From assembly GCF_006345805.1 (NCBI RefSeq), contig NC_042997.1:16740001-16804000 (forward strand): a stretch of DNA of 64,000 bases, written 5' to 3'. The notes under the pieces were generated by a model. The model did no database searches. It saw only the letters and a program-made list of their open reading frames with translations, and was not told where the DNA came from. The translations under genes were made by a program, and so were the position numbers. The stretch comes from Octopus sinensis. Taxonomy: Eukaryota. Positions 52,238 to 64,000 of this stretch are shown one piece after another; within the stretch, counting starts at the first letter, position 1, and every line of letters starts with the position of its first letter.

Positions 52238-52312
52238 TTGTCTTAATAACTGATGAGATGCCAGAGCAGTTTTCAGCTCTGGTATCTGAAACTCTGAGTT
52301 TTATTATGACAA
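52238..52312 (+). ncRNA. Hammerhead ribozyme motif (Penelope-associated type), with one extra nucleotide before GAAA
   Basis: ttgtcttaataa-CTGATGA-gatgccagagc/agttttca/gctctggtatc-t-GAAAC-tctga-GTT-ttattatgacaa. Stem I 11 of 12 pairs, stem II 11 bp (one G-U), short palindromic stem III. About 350 bp from a GIY-YIG fragment. Confidence 0.75.
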
Positions 52313-53000
52313 CCAACTAATTGTCACATATATTTATAGATAAATTCTTCTATTTTACATAATATTGAGGTCTCATTCATTCTTTTGTTGTCATTATTAT
52401 TATCAAGAAATATATATACATATATATAAGTTTCAATAAGGGATTTCATCATCATTATCCAGTGTTTTAAATCTGGGTTTTGGCTAGATCTACCTCAATG
52501 CAATATCAACCGAGGTAGGCAGGTGCAACCCACCCCAACTTTTGGGCTGGCTGGTGCCCATTCTCCCTTGCTCTCATGAGTTTTTTTTGGAGTTGGATTT
52601 TCTATGGGGAGCATGCCCTTGCTTACCCCCAATCTCAGTTTCTAGACATGAGTGGTTCTGAGACCAAGGCCTCTACCATGATTTTTAAGAAATGTGGTGG
52701 AAAACTAGGCCCAGGAACGCAGGGACGCTACTCATATATAGTTTAGAGCCCCCCCCCTACCTAAATTGATAAAATAGGAATAAGTTTAAAGAATAGACAC
52801 AAGGTTAAAATTTTTTTTTCATTGCTGAAGCCATAAGATACATACTGGATATAAGGAGAGACAAAGGAGAACAAAATAAAATAAAAAATAAAATAATAAT
52901 AAGTAAATAAATAACAAGGATAGGTCGAGGTATTCCTAACAAAGCAAGTTGAGAAATAAATATGAGGATACCATTGGATGTAGCTTTATAAAATGCTGCT

Positions 53001-54077
53001 GAAAGATGGAAAAATTTACCACTTAATATTGCCTTAATATTGGTTTACACCATAATACTTCCAATTGTTTATAGTGGTTCAATTATATAGAGTTCTACAT
53101 ATAAGGAAGAGTTAACTTCTTTTCTTCCTTCAGTGCTTCTATTCTACATACAAGCACTATTGTATGTAGAATAATACAGTTCCTAGGGGTTATAGGCTGA
53201 TAACTCATTACAAATATACCTATTCAGACTGATAGGGTAGAAAGTTTTGGAATTGAAGGAAAAACAGTGTAATCATTGTATAGGATGAATGCAGACTAAA
53301 CTGGTAGGGGTTATAAGAGGGCAATATTATATATATATATGCATGTGTATTTTTATATATATATGTATGTATATATATCTATATCTATCTATATATATAA
53401 ATACACATGCATATATATATACACACACATATATATACATACGTACATATATATATATATAATATACATTTACAAATATACATTATATACATATTGTATA
53501 TACCATCATCATCATCATTGTTTAACGTCCATTTTCCATGGGTTGGATGGGAGATATAATATATATATATAGAAGGAATAAATTTTTCCTTTTACTGTTT
53601 TCACCTTCAGCATTTTTTTTTTACTCAACATGACATAAAATGTGTTAATGTCTTTGTTTCATATTTATTCTCCTCTTCTAGCCCTTTTTGTCATTTCGCT
53701 TATTCAGTCTTCCTTCATTTTCTCTTTACAAATATCTCTTATCCTCATTCTCTTACTTGTGTACTTTTTGTTCCCCTGTTTCTGTCCCTCCTCCCTCATA
53801 TCCTTAATACTTGTGATTTCATCCATGTTTATGCTATAATGATCAGAAAACTATTTTATTTGACAAGTTTATGTTTTTACTATTATCCTGTTATTTGCTC
53901 TATATTTTATTGTTACATGTCCCTCATATTGCTGTCGAAAGATTGAAAAATTTACCACTTAGTATTGCCTGAATATCGGTTTACACCATAATACTTCCAA
54001 TTGCTTATAGGGGTTCAATTATATAGAGTTCTACATACAAGGAAGAGTTAACTTCTTTTCTTCCTTCAGTGCTTCTA
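53001..54077 (+). repeat. 141-bp direct repeat pair (53001-53141 and 53937-54077)
   Basis: Ungapped manual alignment, 7 mismatches in 141 nt, offset 936 bp. Confidence 0.9.
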
Positions 54078-54089
54078 ATCTTTTCTCCC

Positions 54090-54560
54090 TCACTGCAACC
54101 ATTACTATCATTTTTATAACCATTGCTGTTATCATCAACATCAATATTGCTGTTGTTGATGTTATAGTTGCTGTTGTTGTAGGAGTCATAGTTACTATCA
54201 TTGTCGACATCATAGTCATAGGTGTTGTTAATGAAGAAATAATAACTTCAGTCACCTTCAACACAAAAGCTAGTGTAAACATCATAGTTAATGTTGTTGC
54301 AATAGTTAATGTTATTGTCGTTGTTTTTGCGTTTTTGTCAACGTCATAGTTACTATGATTGAAGCCATAGTTACTTCTGTTGTTGTAGTTACTTTCAATG
54401 TCAGAGTTGTGGTTATTGTCATAATTACTGGTGTTGTTACTGTCATCGTTATTGTAACTGTTGTTGTTATAATTGTTGTCTGCATAGTTGCCATTGTCAT
54501 AGCTGATAGTTGCTGCCAATATTTGCCAATATTGAGACTGTTATTGTTGTTATAGTCACT
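54090..54560. repeat. Degenerate trinucleotide low-complexity tract (GTT/ATT/CAT)
   Basis: Directly visible; explains the Thr/Asn/Val-rich ORFs at 54031-54555. Confidence 0.85.
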
Positions 54561-57500
54561 GACTACATCGTGATAACTAATATCAGCTGCATCATTACCA
54601 TCAGCATCACCATCAACATTCTCAATATTCTCATAATCACAACGACATCATCATCATTATAATGTTTCCCCACTCCTCCATGCTCACAGGGGTTGTTTAT
54701 GCCTCCTTAAGATCATGTTTCTTTTGACCTTTTATCCAGTGCCATCTCAAACTGAAGATGTACCATTTCAATAGCTAACCTAATCTAAATCTCTAATTCC
54801 CAAGAGTTACTCAGCCAACCTCTGTTTTTCTATCTTGTACCACAATGTTGTTGTTTCAAAACAGGCATTCACATGAGAGACTCACCATCCAATTACATGG
54901 TATATTCAAATATCTCTCTTGTATCGAACAACTGTGTCTCTAATAGTCACGTATTTCTTCAACCCACTTTTAACACACATTTTGATGATAGAGATAAAAT
55001 AGCTCATTGAATATAGTTCAGACTAGCAGTTCATCTGTCCTGATTTTAAATTCACTGTAGTGTTTTGTTTATTGCCTCTTCTTTGCTTTTTCTTTCACAA
55101 GTTTTACTCATAGGCCTGTGGCCATGCTGGGGCATCACATCCAATGGTTTCAGTTGATTATATTGACTCAAGTTCATTGCTTGGGTCTTGATTTATTCTC
55201 ATTCCCAAAGAAGACATTGGCATATTGAGAGCTGACTTAACTAAACATAAATGATGGGGGGGGGGGATTTCACACACATATACATACACATACCATCAAC
55301 CTCATGGTTGTTTTATGTCTGTTTTTTTCATGCTGGAATTGGTTGGATGAGACTTTGTTGAGGCAGTACTCTATGCCCTTATGCCTTTTCTGTCGCCAAC
55401 TCCTGTTTCCAAGCAAGGTACTTATTTTCTTGGCATTCTGCATGATGAACTTCTTATATTTAATGTCAAGATGTAAGCAATAACACTACCCAAGTGGCAG
55501 TGACATTGTTTTTAGCATTACATGTGTAAACAATGTCAAGATAAAGATAGAAAGACATTCATATATCTGTCTGTTCATACAACAAGCTTCTGTGAACTTC
55601 CATCAACCAATCATATTTTAAAGGCATTATCAGCCCAAGGCTATTGTAAATGATTTTCACCAGCAGTACCACATGGTTGTGAAGGAAACTTCTTAACCAC
55701 ACAATTATGCCTGCACCTATCATATATACATACACACACATATGTATGTACGTACATATGAATGTATGTATGTATGTATGTATGTATGTATGTATGTATG
55801 TATGAATGAATGATGGTGTTCTGTACATCTGCACTCACAAAGTATTTGTCAAGTCAAAGCTATAACAGAAAACAGGAGACTCAAAGTGGCATGCAATGAA
55901 ATTGGACCCAGAACCAAGCAGTTTGCAAAGTGAACTTCTAAACCTCATAGCCATGCCTGGTCAGAAAAAAAGAATTCACATGTCTCAGTTCATGAAGCAC
56001 ATTATCTGATGGGAGATATTGGCATCAGTTCTGTCTCTGCTTAGATTTCATTGTTTTTGTTGTTGTCATTGTTGTCACTACCACCACCACCATCACCAAC
56101 ATCATGATGGTCAGCACTACCACTACTGCAACAACAAATATCACAACATTCAATGGTTTACTCATAGTTATGGTACATTAATTTCTGTTCATTTAATGCT
56201 GATTACAATAAGTTACTTCCATATTATCTATTTATGAGCTGCGTTCATTATTTCCTCTCGCAACCACTGTACATATGTTTTATTTGTTTCAGTCATTAAA
56301 CTGTGGCCATGCTTGAGCACTGCCTTTTTTAAGCCTGGTACTTTCTGTAACAGTCTCTTTTGCTGAGCTGTTAAGTTACATGGGATGTAAGCATACTAAT
56401 ACAGGTTGTCAAATGGTGATGAGGGACCCAGATTTTCTTACACCTTAAATTGACTAAAGTATGAAGGAAAAAAAAAGGATAAAATATTGATCTTCTTTTA
56501 TATTTTCTGTTCTTTTTCAAGCAATGTTTTTATATAGTATGGTTATTGAAATCAGAGCTCCAAAAGAAATAATAGCAGAGATATACTAAGGGTTTGAAGC
56601 AAATAATTATACTCTCTCCTTAAAATTTTTGTCTTATCCCATTACAAGAAATCAATGCTATTTCAGTCTGGGGGTGGGTGGGTGAGAGAGAAAGTGTGTG
56701 TTTGTGAGAGAGAGAGAGAGTGTGTGAGAGAGAAAAAAGTTATTAATGAACATTTGTATTGCTTAAAAATAACACAAATAAGAGAAACAAAATAAAATTC
56801 AAAATAATTGAACAAAAATAAAATTCAAAATAATTGAACAAAAATTGAAGAAAAACAAATTAATCTGCTTTAAAAAACTAAAATCATCACCATTTTTAAA
56901 TGAAAGAGATGGAGAGAGAGAGAGTGGGGTGACTCGTGTTTTTAGCTTCTCTCATGAGGAACTATGTGTTCCCAAACCACAGTTAGAAAAGTTGTTTTCT
57001 CGACATATTTACAGATTTTTAATAAATTTCATTTTGTCTTGATGTGATTTTATTTCCTGTATTGAATGAGAAATTGTTGTACACAGCAAATATGTCCAGT
57101 TATGTAGCAGTCTTTACATTCTCTCATCAGAATTGTTTAACAGACAATTGCTTTTTAATTAAAAAAAATGCTAGAAAGAAAGATGAAATAAATTTTTAAA
57201 ACTGGAAAGAAATACTAAAACATGGCAACTTTTGAATTATCTAAAGATAAATTTAATGAAATATTTCTGCTTCTTTTTTTTTCTATCTTTCCTTCTTTAA
57301 AAATTCTGTTAGACTGCTTTGACATTGTATTAATCTAAATAATGTTTTGTAACTTAATAATAAATGTGGCCCACCTTTATAATGACTCTTACATCTGCTT
57401 GGGGACCCCACTACCAAATAAAAACAAATAAAAAACAAAGACAAAACAAAACACACACACACACATACACACACACAAACCAACAAAACCCCCAAAGAAT

Positions 57501-57829
57501 TTAAATTCAACAGAAGTATTAAATAAATATTGGTTTGATAAAAATAAAAATATCAAAGCAGAGAACTAAACAAAAAGGAAAGAAAAAAGAGGCAAGATAA
57601 AAATGTTTAAACGGAAGTCATTCATTTGAAGTAAAACTCGATAAAAGATATTGTAAGGAGTGAAGCAATTTATGATTGGATGACAAATGGCTCTCGTGTT
57701 GCTCACAATAGACTGGCTGGCTTGTTTATTGGTTGAATAGTTAGATGAAGGGTGGGTATGACTGATAAAGGGTGCCGTTTCAGTAGTGTCTGGTGAGTGA
57801 CTCACACATGATTGTACAGATAATAACAA

Positions 57830-58135
57830 TAAGAACAAACTGCAGGAATTAAGTTTAAGGAATGTTGAATAAGTTTTGAGGAAGGATATAGCTAAGAGGG
57901 AAGGACTAAATTGAGTTGTGGCTAGTGTGAAATATTTTGAGAGAAGAAGAGAGAAAAGATGGTAGTTGAATTATTGAATCTACGAGAAGGATGCGGGGAG
58001 ATACAAGGTATATGAGAGCACAAAGCAAAGGCAATAAAGAAAGAGTCATGTACAAAAGCCAGGTTAACAATGGTTGAAGAGATTGGATGTGAAATTTGTT
58101 TCTTATATTGACATACTTAATGACTATAAACAACT
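57830..58135 (-). mobile_element. Decayed CR1-like LINE 3' end
   Basis: Minus strand has 'SLQPL' and a later HTSH.S..PFPL...FPQNL-like stretch resembling CR1 ORF2 ends. Heavily degraded. Confidence 0.35.
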
Positions 58136-59159
58136 AGCTGCACCAGTTTGTGACACTTCTTTAGATTCCAAATAGGAAAAGAACAGCTTTGTATTTTGGG
58201 TGCTTTATTAGACAGACAATTGGTCAAACTGCTGAGAAGACCAGCAAAAGCTGTTAGGAAATATTTGTAGCTTTGAATGATGCAGATTTCACAGAAAATC
58301 TAAAAGAACTGCCTATGTACTTGTCCTTCTACTCCACAATCACTTTCAGTTTACTACAACAACCTACCACAAAAACAACCTACAACAACAACAACATCAG
58401 TAACAACAACAATTACTGACATCCTTCTTTGTTATACCTCATCATTTCGACTATTATCCTGATTTTCTGTATTACCACCATCACAATCCCTATCAGTCCT
58501 AACAAACAAAATCTTTACAACCAGTGCCATTAGCATCCCTACCATAACAACCACTACCATCACTATCTCGGCTCTTAAAGCATTACTCAAATGGTAGAAT
58601 ATATTACATGGACGTTTTATTGCCAGAGGTGGTTTGCTGATAGATAAAGGCTGCAAATACCATTTCTATATAAATTCATTTTTCTTTCCAATTTTCCAAT
58701 ACCCACCTACTCTGTTTCCAGTATGAATAAATGCTTTTCACTAAATTTTGTTGATGCATTGTTTTGGTATTCTTGAAACCATGGCTACATCTTCAGTTAT
58801 GTCAATTGTAATTCTGTTGGTGATATCTGTAGATGTCTATGGAGTGAAGGCAGAGATATATATTCTTTTACTGATTCCATTTTGAACACAGACTGCAGCC
58901 ACATTGGGGCACCACCTTTAAGGATTATAATTAGTCATCTTAAACCTAGTACTTATTACAATCTAACACATTGTTTTATCTATCTTTATTTATCAAGATG
59001 ATACATTACAGGACATAAAGAGGCATAACATAAATAATCATGGAGCACACTCATACATGTAATTCCTTAGACATCTGATGTCTATCTGCCTGTATATTAG
59101 GAAATGGATGTGGGGCATTCAATTAAATAATAATAATAAATAATATATATATATATGCA

Positions 59160-59290
59160 TATCTGGGTACAGGACGTCACCAGCTGTGCAAACAACATGA
59201 AATATGTAAAAACAGGATAAGTAAACACAAAGAAAGGACCCTTCATCAGTTGTCAGCTGTTTATCAACTCCTCATTTCGAGCATTCAACG
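59160..59290 (-). repeat. Short copy of the non-coding repeat that flanks the Penelope fragment at 51.2-51.4 kb
   Basis: Shares 'tgcat....gggtacaggac' and 'cttc(a/g)tcagttgtc..ctgttt' with 51190-51350. Confidence 0.5.
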
Positions 59291-59305
59291 ACATACATAC
59301 ATACA

Positions 59306-59339
<34 letters not shown>

Positions 59340-59341
<2 letters not shown>

Positions 59342-59580
59342 TTCTTCTTTTTGTTTCAGTCATTTGACTGCAGCCATGCTGGAGCACAGCCTTTAGTCGA
59401 ATAAATCAACCCCAGGACTTATTCTTTGTAAGTACTTATTCTATCAGTCTCTTTTGCCAAACAACTACATTACAGGGACATAAACACACCAACATCGGTT
59501 GTCAAGCAATGGTGGAGGGACAAACACAGACACACAAATACATTCATGTGGTTGGGAAGCAAGCTTCTTACCACACAGTT
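59340..59580 (-). mobile_element. SINE family A copy with internal deletion
   Basis: Reverse complement of the 42800-42990 tail, joined to the head segment. Confidence 0.75.
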
Positions 59581-62500
59581 TTCAGTCTTTGGACTGTGGA
59601 CATGCTAGGACATGTATATATGTGTGTGGTTTGCTGAAACTTTAGTTTCCGCTCTTGTAAATGTTCCTTGACATATCTTTTGCTGGAGAGTGGTGTTGTT
59701 ATACATATAGGGATTGAGACTGTGTCAATTGGAGCTTGTTGTGGCAAAAGCAATACTCCTCACACATCTCAGTTGGTTTTCATTTGTGGTATTTATATTT
59801 CATCAAACAGCTGCTCTGTGACTATGATCTGTTTGCAACAATCAGTGATGATGTGAAGTGTGCTATTTTGTGCTCCTTATACAAGTGTTGTTGAGAAATT
59901 AGGAGAGGGGACCTAATAAGTTAGTTGAACCATAGTGTTTTTTTTCTTTGTGTTTACTTTTGTGGTACTTGCAAGTACTGTAGATGTATTTGTGCTTGTG
60001 TTTTGGTTTCTTCACTATATTTTTCTCTGTGTGCTGTGAATGATGCAGCAGTTTGGCAAATAATTCCTAGTATTTTTGATTTCTATATGTAAGTGGTATG
60101 TTTATATTAAGTTGGCTGCATTTGATTTTCTTTGGTGTTGCTAGTAAGAGGAGCCTCTAAATGGTTGGTCTACATTAACACTAATAACAGTCAAATGACC
60201 CTCAAAATACTCTCTTAAGAAATAGAAATCATTGAAAAATTCAGTTCTAAAGAAGTTGGTTTACTGAAGCAAAATCACTTCTTAATCCATTATATATAGC
60301 TTTGTGGATCACAAGCAAAGAATTTGTGATTGTTCAATGTGTCGAAAGGTAAGGCAGTCCATTTCTCTCAAGGCTATTCACTGTTATCAAAAATCAAAAG
60401 TATGAGGAGGAATATGAAAAATCTCTACTAAGAATCAAATCTCAATTGCAAAATTGGTTATTTTTGGAGGTGCTTACTATCATTTTAAGTGACTCATGTT
60501 GTTGGCATTCTGCAATGGCTCATTATGACCCACATCAGAATATTATGTTTATATCTTGATGAGAAACTGCAGCTGTGAAGTTAAAAGAGTTAGAATTAAT
60601 GGCAATATGCTCGTAAGTTTGAAACCTTACAACAGCCATTGTGTTTTGCACATATAAATTTTCATGTTTCAGCTTTTCTGATAAAATCTTCTATTCTTAT
60701 TTGATAGTTCAGCAGTTAGCAACCAGAAGAGGTATCAACTGAGACTTCATTTGTTCCTATAAATGAACCACTGAGGGAGTTGATATGTGGTTGCACATAG
60801 AAATAGCAGCTAAGACCTTCCTCCTGTTATACCTTACAATCAAGCAAATAAGACACTGGATAAAATATATTTGTTTTACTTTCTGGTAGCTTCATCGACA
60901 TTGTTCTCTGCTGAACCTTAGCTGTCAACAGAGCCACTCCATGCCTGATAACACACACACATGTACATCTGAGGAGAAAATTCTCTTTTCCATCAATTTC
61001 CACCTGTCAGCTCTTTTGTTATAATGCATTATCTTCCTCACTGGTTGCTTTCTTTCACAATCCAATAAGGAAAGTGTCTCTGGAGTTGTTTGACCTGCTA
61101 GACATAATCAAATCACCCTGAAACAACATCCTACCATCTTAAAAATAGAGGGACAGACTGGATAATGTAGTCCAAAATACACTATGCAGGTTGACATTCA
61201 AGGATCCCGTTAATCCCTGGCCTAACATTTTAACAATGTGCCCTACCATCTAACAAAGGATAGAACACATTAGATAATATAATTTGGGATACATCATGCC
61301 TGAGAAAAAAAGAAAAATGTAAAAAGGTGGGTTTGTTAGGGTTAGAATATCTTTGTAGGTCTACACTATTATGACTGATGTTGGAAACTCAACAACAGTA
61401 GTAACAACAACAATCTTCCCAATTTCAGCCTGATAAAATATGCAATGCACCCAGGTACACACACACACACATACATACACCATAAATTGCACTTATTTTG
61501 ACAACTGGAATTCAAAAATAAATTTAATATTTCTGATGAAGAAATCCTCTCTCACACTAATTGTTTTCTTTCCAATTTCTAATTCTGTGTCTTCTTTACA
61601 TTCTTGTGAAGTTACCTCACTACTTATCTCTCCTTTTTGCTTGTACCAAACATTCCAGTGATTGTTTTACATTTCACTGCAAAACATACTTCTCCTGAAC
61701 ATTAACCCTCTGAAATTCCTCCATCTTCAACATTTTTTTTCGCAGATATTGACTTACAGATCTATAAGCTGAAAAGTATCAATTGTATTGATCTCATAAG
61801 TGTCAGAGTGTCTGAGAAGATCATTGTGCTACTCCTTTTGTGACTAAGACATTAACAAAAAGATTAAAAAAATCTAGCCAAACACTAAACCTTCAAATCC
61901 ATCTAACTACACTTTAAGTTTTTAATCCTTTTATTCCCATAGTTCCATTAAAATAGACTGCCTTTGTTTCAATTAATTTTGAAATTTATGAAGAATTTAG
62001 TTAAATAACTTTGTCATTACTAAGCTGGGGTTTCAAACAAATTATATGAAATTTAATGGAAGATTTTACTTTAAAACAGGAAGTTTGTATCACACAATTA
62101 TAATGGTTTCAGATATACTAATATATTAGTTGTAAGGAGAAAAATAGAAATAAAAGGATGAAGTTATGAATTTCGGTGACTTAATAAAGGATTTTCTTTA
62201 AAATAAGAGTAAAGTATAAACATAGGTGAGTATAGTATGTTTTTACAAATACTGCTACTACTTGATATGGATAGTTTGAATGTGAAAGAGTTGACGACTT
62301 ATTTTAACCATTCATGGTTACCATTCTCTTCCTTAGATAAAAAATATTGTGAAAGAGTCATTTAACAATTTAAGAACTTGTCAAACTTTGCATGTATTTC
62401 TTAAAAGCGTAGCATATTATGGAGTATAAAAAAAGTTTTGCCAGACTATCTGTAACCTAGTCAATGGCGCATTTCCACTGTATCTGATACAATGGAATTG

Positions 62501-63214
62501 TGATTGGGTCCAGAAGTGTGATGAAACTTTTTGACACTTTATAATAGACTACTTTTGAGAAACAAACAGAAAGAAAGTGTAAGAGTTTTTGTGTGTTCTT
62601 AAATGGTTAAAAATTACTTTCACAATACAATTGCTTTACTTTCAACACATGGTCTCAGAACAAGTCAGTTGTTAAACAACTAGAACTTTGACATACATAC
62701 ATGCATACATACATACACACACACATACACATGTGTGTATGTATGTGTGTGTAGGTATAGGTATTATTGCTGATCTCACATGATAATGAACGATTAGAGT
62801 TGTTGAAGATGTGAAATATGTCAAGAAAAGTATGAAGTATTTCTATTTATGTAGTTACCTGTCAATCTGTCTATTTATACATCCATTCAACTGATCTACG
62901 TATGTATGTATACATACATATGAGTATGTATGTATGTGTAGCTATGTATCTATCCATCTATCCTATCAATCCATATACTACTCTTTATTTGTGTGTGTGT
63001 ACATGTGTAGTGTACACACACTCACACACACACAAAGATATGTATTTATAAAGATATATATATATAAATATACATGCATATATCTATCTATCTATATGTA
63101 GATATATATATTTATGTATATGTGTGTGCACATGTACATATGTATATATGTATGTAACTATATAAAAATTATATATATATGTACATGTGTGTATATGTAT
63201 ATATATATATGCTT

Positions 63215-63245
<31 letters not shown>

Positions 63246-63254
63246 ATGTATGTA

Positions 63255-63309
<55 letters not shown>

Positions 63310-63777
63310 TTTATATATATACATGTGTGTGTGTGCTTATGTGTATACACACACACACTCACTCACTAATGAAAGAAAGAAAGAAAGAAAGATATTTATA
63401 CAAACATAGTTTTCATATCTCGCCTATTTCTGTGTTGGACATTAACAAGAGACACTTCACAATAATAGCGATATGTTGAAATGAAGTTTTTGACAAGTTA
63501 AATGGAGCAGGCTAATGACTTGAAACTAGTGTGTGCATTTGCTGTGTGAGATTGCCAACATTCCCAGTAAGTTTTGGCAAAATAACTAATAGTCTTGTAC
63601 CAGATTTCTTACAGGAACACACATATTATAACTCAGTTATCTGACACTCACTAAATATATGATTGACATGCAAGAAATCTCTCAGATATGATAGGTTCTC
63701 AGAGAAATAGTCTGTCTTTCATCCACTCACACTCTTTTCCCTAGCACACTCTCATTCACTTTCTGTTTCCTTCCTTA

Positions 63778-63811
<34 letters not shown>

Positions 63812-64000
63812 CATACATACACACATACGTATATATAGACACACATATACACATATCTAGACATATATGCATGCGTGCACACAACACACACACACACACA
63901 CACACACACACCTCATACATATACATATATTTTTTAGTCTAATCAGCAAAAGTTATAAAGTGACTCAAGGGCTAAGAGTTTTGTGCATTGGAAGTTATCA

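Noticed and set aside
57040-57150. CTGATGA on the minus strand preceded by a hairpin
   Set aside because: No GAAA directly after a stem II and no NUH/stem III arrangement.
59568-60100. Possible degraded Penelope-like coding remnant (similar impression at 36300-37000)
   Set aside because: No recognisable conserved motif could be read in any frame by hand.
61758-61768. Possible 11-nt microexon (cttttcag|CTTATAGATCT|gtaagt, minus strand)
   Set aside because: Not frame-preserving and has no support beyond the splice-like words.

Overview
AT-rich, microsatellite-dense eukaryotic DNA; the SINE families suggest an octopod cephalopod (inferred, no search run). The only gene I can support is on the minus strand: four GT-AG exons (35340-35097, 33090-32968, 31987-31802, 3749-3636) that splice in frame. 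They encode the second half of FN3 repeat 3, all of FN3 repeat 4 and the first half of FN3 repeat 5 of an L1-family adhesion molecule (neuroglian/L1CAM/NrCAM-like). The introns are very large: 28,052 bp between the last two exons and apparently >28.6 kb upstream of the first. Nearly all other ORF-track entries are translations of simple repeats. The introns hold many SINEs and fragments of Penelope-like (GIY-YIG), RLE-type (R4/Dong-like) and CR1-like retroelements, plus a Helitron-type non-autonomous element and a foldback element. Main leads: hammerhead-ribozyme-like motifs around a Penelope relic (one nearly intact, with two alternative topologies); an RGD plus His/Arg-rich RxxR loop in FN3-3; and inverted SINE pairs that could form dsRNA or bracket a frame-preserving FN3-4 exon pair.
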